A stretch of DNA of 64,000 nucleotides from Actinomycetes bacterium (GTDB taxonomy: Bacteria > Actinomycetota > Acidimicrobiia > Acidimicrobiales > Bog-793): contig JAJZBW010000001.1 of assembly GCA_021798745.1 (NCBI GenBank), positions 1,188 through 65,187 on the forward strand. The letters are read 5' to 3'. Below, piece by piece: positions 36,396 to 44,687 of this stretch (position 1 is the stretch's first letter; the number at the start of each line of letters is the position of its first letter). The position numbers and the translations under genes are program-made. Under the pieces are notes generated by a model, which was not told where the DNA came from, made no database searches, and saw nothing but the letters and a program-made list of their open reading frames with translations.

Positions 36396-36982
36396 GCGCC
36401 CCGGCCCGCAGCCTCGTGCAGCGCCCGGCGGTGCTCGTCTCGGTCGTCGGCGTCCTCGTGCTCGCTCTCGCGTGGTGGTTCGCGTGGATGGCGCCGGAGG
36501 GGACGAAGCTCGCGGGGATCCGCCAGCAGCAGGTCACCGCGCAGCAGACCGAGACGCGCCTCGACCTCCGGCTCGTCCAGCTCCGAGCGGAGGCCAAGCA
36601 GGTCCGGGCCGCCGCCCCGTTCCTCGAGCACTTCGCCCAGGCGATCCCGCCGGTCCCCGACGCCCCGGACCTCGTCGTCCAGGTGTACCACCTCGCGGTC
36701 GCGAACGGCGTGAGCCTGCAGAGCGTGACCGACGACTCCGTGCAGACCACGGGGCTCGGGTACTCGACGATCCCCGTCTCGCTCAGCGTCGCGGGGCCCC
36801 ACGACCAGCTCCTCGCGTTCGTCTCCGGCCTGTACAGGCTGACCCGCCTTCTCACGATCCAGTCCGTGAGCCTCTCCGGCAACGGCAACCTGAACGCGTC
36901 GAGCTTCTCGAACTACACGGCCTCGATCAGCGCGACCGCGTACACGACGTCGGCGCCGAAGGCCCCGGCGGGCGCGTCCTGA
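36392..36982 (+). CDS. pilO: PilO-like pilus assembly protein
   Basis: An ATGA overlap joins it to pilMN. It has an N-terminal TM (VLVSVVGVLVLALAWWF), a coiled coil and a PilO-type C-domain (IPVSLSVAGPHDQLLAFVSGLYRLTRLLTI). Confidence 0.8.
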   Translation: MSAPARSLVQRPAVLVSVVGVLVLALAWWFAWMAPEGTKLAGIRQQQVTAQQTETRLDLRLVQLRAEAKQVRAAAPFLEHFAQAIPPVPDAPDLVVQVYHLAVANGVSLQSVTDDSVQTTGLGYSTIPVSLSVAGPHDQLLAFVSGLYRLTRLLTIQSVSLSGNGNLNASSFSNYTASISATAYTTSAPKAPAGAS

Positions 36983-36990
36983 GCGAGACG

Positions 36991-38556
36991 ATGGCCGCGA
37001 CACCGTGGTCTCGTCGCGCTCGCGCCGACGCGCGCCGCGCGTGCGCCGGCGCGCCCCTCGACGACGGGTTCTCCCTCGTCGAGGTGCTCGTCGCGCTCCT
37101 CGTGCTCGCCCTCGTCGTGCTCCCCCTCACGCTCGTGCTCATAACGACGCACAGCTCGGCGAACACCCTGCACCGTAGAGCCGAGGCGGCGGACCTCGCG
37201 ACCCAGGCCCTCGAGACGGCCCAGTACCAGGCGGCCGCGGGCGCGCCGCTCGCGACCGGGGCGACGACGTCGACCCAGATGTCGGGGAGCGACCAGTTCC
37301 GCGTCTCGCTCGACCTCTCGATCCTCCCGCAGTCCGGGGTCGGCACGTTGTGCACGGCCCCTCCCGGGGCGACCTCGACCGAGGTGTGGCAGGCGACCGC
37401 GTCCGTGAGCTGGGGGTCGTCGGGGTCGAGCGGGAGCTCGGTCGTCGAGCGCGCGCTCATCTCGCCCGCGCAGGCCGACCTCGCGAACGTGAGCGCGGGC
37501 GAGATCGCCGTCCCGGTCTACACGACCGTCGCGTCCTCCATGTCGACGACCACGACGACGTCCTCCCCCGGCTCGCCCGCGGCGCTCCCGACGACGCTCG
37601 AGACACAGACCCCGATATCGGTGACCGTGACGGGCCGCTGCACCCTCGCATCCTGCGCGCAGCCCTCGGGCACCCCCCTGCCCGTGACGACGGAGACCGA
37701 GAACACAGGGTCGACCGGGTGCGCGGTCTTCCCGAACCTCTGGGCAGCGACGGGGTGGCTCTACACCGTGACCGTCTCCGGGAACGCGGGATGGGTCGAC
37801 CCGAGCGAGCTCTCGGACTCGGCGACCGCGACGGGCGTCCCGACGCTCGCGCCGATGGCGATCACTCCCGACTCCGTCACCCAGCCGACCGGCCAGATCG
37901 TCCTCGACCAGGGAGCGGCGGTCACGGTCGACTTCTCGGACACCGTGAACAAGTCGGCGGTGCCAGCTCCGTTCCTCCCCGTGACCTTCGTGAGCCCCGG
38001 GGCGTGCGGGAGCGCGGGCCTGTGCGTGCTCGGGAACGCGACGACTGCGTTCGCGACGGTGGCGTCCTCGGCGCAGACCGCCCTGCTCTTCCCGTTCCCC
38101 TCGGCCGGCGCCAACTACACGGTGTACGCGGGAGGGACGTCCGACGCGGACCCGAGCGCCGCGTACTACGGGACGGGCGGGACGGTCACGCGTCTCACGG
38201 CCGGCGCCGCGGGATCGGCGACGGTCACGCTGCCGCTGTACCCGCTCTCGCTGACGGCGACCGTGAAGAGCGACGCGGGCTCCGTCATCCAGCTCCTCGC
38301 GAAGGACTCGGCGGGGAACACGATCGACCTCAACTACGCGGGCGGGACCGGGGCGAGCCTCACGAGCCTTCCGCTCGGGGAGTACGAGATCGGGGCGACC
38401 GTCTCGGGCTCGAACTCGAACGTCACGTACTCGGGTGGGACCGCGTACATGTGGGTCACACCGACGGGAGTCTGCCCCTCCACGTCGCCGCTCTCCCCGG
38501 GGACCTCCGTGTGCTCGTCGCCCTCGACGTCGCAGATCGCGGTGACCGTCGGATGA
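36991..38556 (+). CDS. Large minor pilin (521 aa) with a prepilin N-terminal cleavage/methylation motif
   Basis: The class III signal is ...APLDDG|FSLVEVLVALLVLALVVLPL, with Glu5. A long Ser/Thr-rich beta-rich C-terminal region follows. Confidence 0.85.
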   Translation: MAATPWSRRARADARRACAGAPLDDGFSLVEVLVALLVLALVVLPLTLVLITTHSSANTLHRRAEAADLATQALETAQYQAAAGAPLATGATTSTQMSGSDQFRVSLDLSILPQSGVGTLCTAPPGATSTEVWQATASVSWGSSGSSGSSVVERALISPAQADLANVSAGEIAVPVYTTVASSMSTTTTTSSPGSPAALPTTLETQTPISVTVTGRCTLASCAQPSGTPLPVTTETENTGSTGCAVFPNLWAATGWLYTVTVSGNAGWVDPSELSDSATATGVPTLAPMAITPDSVTQPTGQIVLDQGAAVTVDFSDTVNKSAVPAPFLPVTFVSPGACGSAGLCVLGNATTAFATVASSAQTALLFPFPSAGANYTVYAGGTSDADPSAAYYGTGGTVTRLTAGAAGSATVTLPLYPLSLTATVKSDAGSVIQLLAKDSAGNTIDLNYAGGTGASLTSLPLGEYEIGATVSGSNSNVTYSGGTAYMWVTPTGVCPSTSPLSPGTSVCSSPSTSQIAVTVG

Positions 38557-39605
38557 CCGCTCCGTCGCGCCCGAGCGCCCCGCACCTCGGCCGTCCCCTA
38601 CGCCGCGCACGCAGGGGGGACGGAGGGTTCACGTTCATCGAGCTCCTCGTCGCGATGGCCGTCCTCGCGATCATCGTGCCCGTCATCTACGGGCTCATAG
38701 GGAACCTGAGCCAGCAGAGCGTCGACCTCCACGACACGATGCTCGGGCTGAAGCAGGACCAGACCGCCGGCAACGCGCTCCTCGAGTACCTGCACGGCGC
38801 GGTCACGGTCCTGCCGGGGTCGACCCCGACGACGCTCATCGCCTCGATCGAGGCGGGCTACAACACGACCACCGGGACCCAGGACATCGCGACGCTCGAA
38901 GCCCAGCTCGTGCCGCCGAGCGGCTCGAACGCCGACGCGTCCTTCGTCGTGTCCATCACCCCGCAGGGCGGGACGCCGCACCCCATCGGGACGTACTACG
39001 TCGTGAACGGCGCGAACCCCTTCACGTACTACTACTACGCGGCTGCGGGAACTGCAGCTCCCTCGTGCGGAGCGACGACCCCGACGACCACGACCAACCC
39101 GCCGGACGCGACCGGCCAGGAGCTCGTCGCGGTCCACGACCCGTGCGCCGTGCTCGCGAACGTCGTCGCGGTCGGGGTCGACGTCACGTTCCTCGCCGGG
39201 CCGCAGAAGCCCCTCCAGGGCTTCCAGGCAATCCAGCCGACGACGTTCCAGACGACCGTGTACCTCCAGAACGCGAACGCCCCCGCCCCGACGACCGCGA
39301 CGGCCGTGACCTACCCGAACATCTCGCCGACCTACGGGACCACGGTGGCGTTCACCGTCACGGTCACTCCCGCGCCCGACGGGGGCACGGTCACCGCGGT
39401 CGTCACGTTCGGGGGCTCGACGATCTCGAACTCCTGCTCGGGCGCCACGACGCTCTCGGCGACCGGTCAGGCGTCGTGCTCGTTCTTCGCGTCCTACCGC
39501 GGCACGTACACGGTCACCGCGACCTACTCGGGCGCGACGAGCCCACCCGCTGCCTCGGCCTACACCGCGTCGACCTCGGCGGGCACGCCGGTGAACGCGT
39601 CGTGA
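38553..39605 (+). CDS. Minor pilin (350 aa) with a C-terminal Ig-like domain
   Basis: An ATGA overlap joins it to the upstream gene. The signal is ...RRGDGG|FTFIELLVAMAVLAIIV. The C-terminus resembles a bacterial Ig-like fold (TTVAFTVTVTPAPDGGTVTAVVTFGGSTI...GTYTVTATYSGA). Confidence 0.85.
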   Translation: MTAPSRPSAPHLGRPLRRARRGDGGFTFIELLVAMAVLAIIVPVIYGLIGNLSQQSVDLHDTMLGLKQDQTAGNALLEYLHGAVTVLPGSTPTTLIASIEAGYNTTTGTQDIATLEAQLVPPSGSNADASFVVSITPQGGTPHPIGTYYVVNGANPFTYYYYAAAGTAAPSCGATTPTTTTNPPDATGQELVAVHDPCAVLANVVAVGVDVTFLAGPQKPLQGFQAIQPTTFQTTVYLQNANAPAPTTATAVTYPNISPTYGTTVAFTVTVTPAPDGGTVTAVVTFGGSTISNSCSGATTLSATGQASCSFFASYRGTYTVTATYSGATSPPAASAYTASTSAGTPVNAS

Positions 39606-41980
39606 GCGCGCCCCGCACGCTCCGGCGCCGGGCGCGCCGAGGGGTCGCGTCGGCGCTCCACCGGCGGCTCGAGGCCGTGCGCCACGGCCGGGACGACTCG
39701 GGCCAGATCATCGTGATCATCGTGATCCTCGTCGTGCTCCTCTCGGTCCTCGGCCCGCTCATGGCGTCTCAGATCACGAGCGACGCCCCGCTCGTCGTGC
39801 TCTCCACGAACAAGCACGCTGCTCTCGCCGCGGCGGAGTCCGGGATCGAGTGGTACCGGAACCACCTCGACGCGAACCCGAACTACTACCTCTACAGCGC
39901 CTCGAACCCGCCGTCCCCCGCGGACCCGGCGATGCTGGCGAACGGGTGGTGCTCGTCCGCGTGCGACCTCGGGGGAACGAGCCCGAGCGAGGCGTTCCAC
40001 TACGTCCCGAACGACTCGACCCTGTTCGCGACCTCCGGGACGAACGCGGGGCGCGTCGTGCTGACCGTGACCGGCCGGGGTGGCTCCGCGGGGAGCTACG
40101 TGTACGTGACCGCACGTGCGAGCTTCACCGCGAGCTCGATCCTCGCGAACGCGTACTTCTCGAACACCGAGGTCCTCGACCCCCTCTACCCCGACGAGCA
40201 GCAGACGGGCGTCTCGGTGACCGGGCTGAGCGCTCCCCAGGGGATCACGACGTACCCCGTGACGTACCCCGTGAACGGGACCGACACGACGACCTCGCTC
40301 TGGAACGCGCTCTGCGGCTACCAGACGTACCAGGCCAACACCTTCCTCGACTGGCTCGGCCAGACGCAGAACACGCAGATCGACGCGGAGAGCGCGACGA
40401 ACCCGAGCAACGTCACCGTGCAGGCGTACACGCCCACGCACCCCTACTACGGCCCCTACTACGGGGTCCAGGGGTTCAGCTTCACGAACGGCAACGGCGA
40501 GACCGTGAGCGTCCCGGGCATCGCGTGCGGCGGGACGTTCGACTTCAACACCGGCGAGAGCTTCGCGGGCCCCGTGTACTCGAACGACCAGCTCCACGTG
40601 TGTGGCTCGCCGACGTTCTCGGGGTCGCCCATCTCCTACACCTCGGGGGTCTCCTCGAACGTCGCCTACGCCTACGACTGGCTCGGCTCGGTGGAGGTCA
40701 CGCCGAAGACGGGCTCCCCCTACTACGCACCGGACGGAACGACCGTCGACCCCGTCCAGGGGTACTGCGGGCGGGGCGCGGCGCCGAACTTCGTGCACGG
40801 CTCGAGCCTGAACGGGAGCCTCGTCCTCCCGAGCTGGAACACCCAGCTCGCGTCCGCCGCGGCAGCCGGAGGGTGCCTGTTCACGGGACCGACGATGATC
40901 GCGCTCGTGACCTCGTCGACAGGAACGACGATGAACGTGTGGAGCCCGCTCTCAGGAGGCGCGAACGCCCCGGCCGCCGCGTGCAGCACGGGGAAGAGCC
41001 CGACCGGTGCGTCGCTCACGTCGTTCGGCCAGAGCTTCTCGGGGAGCTCGGGCCCGTACATCACGGGAATCCCGCTCCCCTCGAACGGCGTGGTCTTCGT
41101 CCAGAACGCAGGGGCGGCCGCGAGCGCCCCGACGGTCCAGGACGGCCTCAACAGCACGAACTCCGGGTGCATCAACCCGTACGTGAACCTCACGCAGGCG
41201 AACAACCCGATCCTGCCGACGGTCACGAAGACCTCCGCGACCTGCCTCGAGGGTGACGCCTTCGTGGAGGGAGAGCTGAAGGGCGAGCTCACGATCGGGT
41301 CCGCCGCGAACATCATCATCACCCGCGACCTCACGTACGCGTGCGCAGACGGGACGAGCGGGCCCGCGTCCCGGTCGGACCCGTCCTCCGTCGCCGCGTG
41401 CACGACGGGGACCACCCCGGACGTCCTCGGGCTCGAAGCCTTCGACAACGTCCTCATATCGCACCCCGTGAGCTCCCCCTACTCGGCCGCCCAGATGGCG
41501 AGCGGCACCCTCACGAACAACGGCGTGTCGATGTGCACCTACGACGGCACGGCCGCGACCGCTGCGACGCTCGCGGGGGGGACCTCGGGCGACCCCACGA
41601 GCGGGAAGACGATCGGCGAGCCCGTCGCGGTGTGGCCGAGCTGTGACATCGCGAACCCGATCGTCGACGCCGCCGTGATCTCGCTGAACGGCGCTCTCGG
41701 CGTCGAGTTCTGGGACCAGGGCTCCCCGCAGGCCTCGAACGGGGTGTTCCTGAACGGCGCGGACATAAGCCAGTACCGGGGACCTTTCGGGCTGATGAGC
41801 CCGTACTACGGAACCTGGGGGTACGACAAGCAGTTCAGCTTCGACAGCCGCCTCCAGTTCCTCCAGCCCCCCGACGCGCTCCAGTCGGCCGTGACCTCCT
41901 GGCAGGACCTCGGGTACGTCGTGTGCGGCAACGCGAACATCGCGACCGAGCCGACCCCCGTGTGCCCGCCGCTCGGCTAG
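39602..41980 (+). CDS. PilX-N-like, membrane-anchored large pilus-associated protein (792 aa, Cys-rich), a putative tip or adhesin component
   Basis: A GTGA overlap joins it to the upstream gene. The N-terminus DDSGQIIVIIVILVVLLSVLGPL resembles PilX_N and has no Glu5. I count about 16 Cys. The rest belongs to no family I recognise. Confidence 0.75.
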   Translation: MSAPRTLRRRARRGVASALHRRLEAVRHGRDDSGQIIVIIVILVVLLSVLGPLMASQITSDAPLVVLSTNKHAALAAAESGIEWYRNHLDANPNYYLYSASNPPSPADPAMLANGWCSSACDLGGTSPSEAFHYVPNDSTLFATSGTNAGRVVLTVTGRGGSAGSYVYVTARASFTASSILANAYFSNTEVLDPLYPDEQQTGVSVTGLSAPQGITTYPVTYPVNGTDTTTSLWNALCGYQTYQANTFLDWLGQTQNTQIDAESATNPSNVTVQAYTPTHPYYGPYYGVQGFSFTNGNGETVSVPGIACGGTFDFNTGESFAGPVYSNDQLHVCGSPTFSGSPISYTSGVSSNVAYAYDWLGSVEVTPKTGSPYYAPDGTTVDPVQGYCGRGAAPNFVHGSSLNGSLVLPSWNTQLASAAAAGGCLFTGPTMIALVTSSTGTTMNVWSPLSGGANAPAAACSTGKSPTGASLTSFGQSFSGSSGPYITGIPLPSNGVVFVQNAGAAASAPTVQDGLNSTNSGCINPYVNLTQANNPILPTVTKTSATCLEGDAFVEGELKGELTIGSAANIIITRDLTYACADGTSGPASRSDPSSVAACTTGTTPDVLGLEAFDNVLISHPVSSPYSAAQMASGTLTNNGVSMCTYDGTAATAATLAGGTSGDPTSGKTIGEPVAVWPSCDIANPIVDAAVISLNGALGVEFWDQGSPQASNGVFLNGADISQYRGPFGLMSPYYGTWGYDKQFSFDSRLQFLQPPDALQSAVTSWQDLGYVVCGNANIATEPTPVCPPLG

Positions 41981-42152
41981 CGGTCGCGCGTCCGCGGACG
42001 GAGCCGCCGGCGGCGCCGGCGGGCGCACGCGTGCCACGAGTCGTGGTCGACGAGCGCGCCCGACGGGGGAGGGTCCGGACTTTCGCCTCAAGGAGGTGTC
42101 ACGTCGCGCCGTTGTAACCGAGAGCCGAGCGTCGGCGCGATCCCAAGGAGGA

Positions 42153-42755
42153 ATGGAAGAGTTGCGAACCCATCTCAAGCGGCATCTCTCGAAGATGTCC
42201 GAGGGCGCCGATGAGGGATTCACGCTCATCGAGCTCCTCGTCGTCCTGTTGATCCTCGGCATCCTGCTGGCGATCGCGATCCCCACGTTCCTCACGGTGA
42301 CGAAGAGCGCGACCAACACAGCGGTGACGTCGAACCTTCAGACCGCCCTCACGGGTGCGGACACCTACTACACGCAGAACAACGGGAGCTACACCTCCCT
42401 CGTCGGCGCGACGTCGGTGTCGGACATCACCCAGGAGGGGACGGGTCTCTCGTTCCCGGCCAAGACGGACGGCTCGGCGGCCTCGACCAGCTCGAAGGTC
42501 GTCAGCCTCGACGTCATCGACTCGAACGACCTCGTGCTCGCGGCGTGGAACGGGAGCAACCGCTGCTACGCGATCGCGGACCAGAAGTCGCAGGGGGTCA
42601 TCTCGACGACCTTCACCAGCCTCCCGAAGGCAGTCGGGACCTACTACGGCTGGTACAAGGCGACGACGAACGCGACCTGCACGTCGGCGGGCGCGACGGC
42701 CGTCACGGCGACCGGACCGGGCGCGTGGACGAACACGGGCGGCTTCCCGGCGTAG
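42153..42755 (+). CDS. pilA: Major type IV pilin
   Basis: AAGGAGG lies 5-6 nt upstream of the ATG. The leader MEELRTHLKRHLSKMSEGADEG precedes |FTLIELLVVLLILGILLAIAIPTF. An alternative ATG at 42195 would give an 8-aa leader. A strong hairpin follows the stop. Confidence 0.9.
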   Translation: MEELRTHLKRHLSKMSEGADEGFTLIELLVVLLILGILLAIAIPTFLTVTKSATNTAVTSNLQTALTGADTYYTQNNGSYTSLVGATSVSDITQEGTGLSFPAKTDGSAASTSSKVVSLDVIDSNDLVLAAWNGSNRCYAIADQKSQGVISTTFTSLPKAVGTYYGWYKATTNATCTSAGATAVTATGPGAWTNTGGFPA

Positions 42756-42782
42756 CACCACGAGAGGTGACGTGAATCGAGC

Positions 42783-42819
42783 CCTCGGTCGTGGCGCTCC
42801 TCGAGCGCCACGACCGAGG
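42783..42819. terminator. Strong bidirectional hairpin (15-17 bp stem: CCTCGGTCGTGGCGC...GCGCCACGACCGAGG) after pilA
   Basis: A perfect inverted repeat was read from the sequence between the convergent stops at 42755 (+) and 42918 (-). Confidence 0.7.
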
Positions 42820-42917
42820 CGAGGTGCAGGGGCCCCGGTCGGCGCATCCGGCCGGGGCCCTTCGCCGTCCGGGGCCCGCCCGTCGTGCCCGGTCGCCCGG
42901 GGCCCCGGCCGACCCGC

Positions 42918-44687
42918 TCAGCGCGTCCCGCCGAGCTGGGCCAGGAGCTGGTGCGCGGGACGGTAGCCAGGTGCGGTCGCGAGCGCGCGGCGGAGGAGCA
43001 CGACGGCCTCCGTGCTGTGCCCCTCGTGTGCCTCGACGCGGGCGAGCCCGACGAGCGCCTCGGTCGCGAACCGGTCGAGACGGAGCGCGGTGCCGTACTC
43101 GGCGGTCGCGGCGCGCAGGTTCCCGAGCTCCGCGTCGGCGCCCGCGAGACCCGTCCACATCTGGGTGTCCGTCGGGTTGCGGCTCACTGCGACCGAGTGC
43201 CAGTAGCGGGAGAGACGGAGCCAGTGCGTCCCGTCCGCGAGGGCGACCGAGCGGTTCGTGGCGACCTCGGCGGGCACGAGCGCCGCGTCGGCCCACACCG
43301 CGAGCGCCCGTGCTCCGGCCGTCGCGACCGGGTAGTCGAACCGGAGGAGAGCGACGTTGAGCTCGTAGTCCCCGTAGAGCATGACGGCGGACGCGCCGAG
43401 CGCGACGAGCGTGAGCGCTGCCGTCGCCGCGTGGCGCGCCCGGCCGCGGCTCGGGCCGCCCGAGAGCGCCGTCCCCGCACCGGCCGCTCCGAGCGCGAGG
43501 AACGCGATCGGCGTGACCCCGACGTTGAGGGGCTCGACGAGCTCGACCGCGACCGCCATCACGGCGACGCCGAGGAGCGCTCCGGAGGCGCCCCGGAGCG
43601 CGAGAAGCCCGAACGCGGCGAACGCGAGGATCCCGAGGATCCCGGTCGTGATCGCGACCTCGACGAAGATGTCGTGCGCGTCCGTGAAGTACGTCGCGAC
43701 CGGGAGGCGCCGCGCGAGCGCCGCCGACTCGAACGCGGTCGACGCCTGGAGGGTCTGGCCCGGGCCGAAGCCGATCAGCGGCCGATGCTCGAACGCATGG
43801 AGGAGCACCTTCCACAAGGTGGGACGCGGGTTCGAGACGACGCTCTGCGCGATGCGCTCGTGGACGAGCGCGCTCGAGAGCCCGTAGGTCACGGCGTAGC
43901 CCGCCGCGAGCGACGCGGCGAACAGGGCGGCGAAGCGGTCCCGGTGGACGACGAGCGCCCACGCGGCGAGGAGCGCGAGGAGGGCGATCGCGAACCGCTC
44001 GCCGCTGAGCTCGAGCGACGCGGAGAGCAGGAGGGCGAGGAGCGACCACCTCCACCTCCCGGAGCACGTGCGCACGAGAACGACCGCGAGCGCTCCGAGC
44101 TCGATGCTCTCGAGGAAGATCGGGTTCCCCATGAGCCCGTCCGCCTGCGTGCCCTGGTAGAGGCCGAGGACCGGGCTCGCGAGCTGGAAAGCCTGCTGGA
44201 CGATCGCCACGAGGGCGTTCACGACGGCGCTCGCGACGAGACCGGCCACGACGAGCTCCCGGCCGCGCGGGCCGGTCGAGCGACCGATCGCCCACGCCCC
44301 GACGACGCCGCACCAGAACACCCACCCGGTCCCGGTGAGGTACCCCCCGAAGAACCCCGACAGCACGCTCCCGGAGGACGCGGCCGAGGCGAGCCCGACG
44401 GCGAGGAACGCGGCCGCCGCCCACGCGGCGCGGTCCCGCGCGCGGCATCGACGTGCGAGCTGAGGCAGCCCGACGGCCGCGACGACGAGCAGGACCGCGA
44501 GCTTCGGCGTGAACGTGTAGGAGCCCATGACCGGGGAGATCGCGACGGGGAGGAGGAACGCGACGATCGCCGCGAACACGTCGAGGGCTCCCGCTCCCTC
44601 GAGCCACTCCGGCACGGCGAAGCGCGAGGTCGGCGCGGCACCGGTGATTGAATTGGTCACGGTGGCGAGGTCAGCGCGGTGGCTCAT
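42918..44687 (-). CDS. O-antigen ligase/polymerase-like (Wzy_C) polytopic membrane protein with C-terminal TPR repeats
   Basis: The Wzy_C-type loop reads HRPLIGFGPGQ...DAHDIFVEVAITTGILGIL. It has more than 10 TM segments. The C-terminus looks TPR-like (AELGNLRAATAEYGTALRLD...). The start is uncertain (44687, 44660 or 44615). Confidence 0.8.
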   Translation of the reverse strand: MSHRADLATVTNSITGAAPTSRFAVPEWLEGAGALDVFAAIVAFLLPVAISPVMGSYTFTPKLAVLLVVAAVGLPQLARRCRARDRAAWAAAAFLAVGLASAASSGSVLSGFFGGYLTGTGWVFWCGVVGAWAIGRSTGPRGRELVVAGLVASAVVNALVAIVQQAFQLASPVLGLYQGTQADGLMGNPIFLESIELGALAVVLVRTCSGRWRWSLLALLLSASLELSGERFAIALLALLAAWALVVHRDRFAALFAASLAAGYAVTYGLSSALVHERIAQSVVSNPRPTLWKVLLHAFEHRPLIGFGPGQTLQASTAFESAALARRLPVATYFTDAHDIFVEVAITTGILGILAFAAFGLLALRGASGALLGVAVMAVAVELVEPLNVGVTPIAFLALGAAGAGTALSGGPSRGRARHAATAALTLVALGASAVMLYGDYELNVALLRFDYPVATAGARALAVWADAALVPAEVATNRSVALADGTHWLRLSRYWHSVAVSRNPTDTQMWTGLAGADAELGNLRAATAEYGTALRLDRFATEALVGLARVEAHEGHSTEAVVLLRRALATAPGYRPAHQLLAQLGGTR

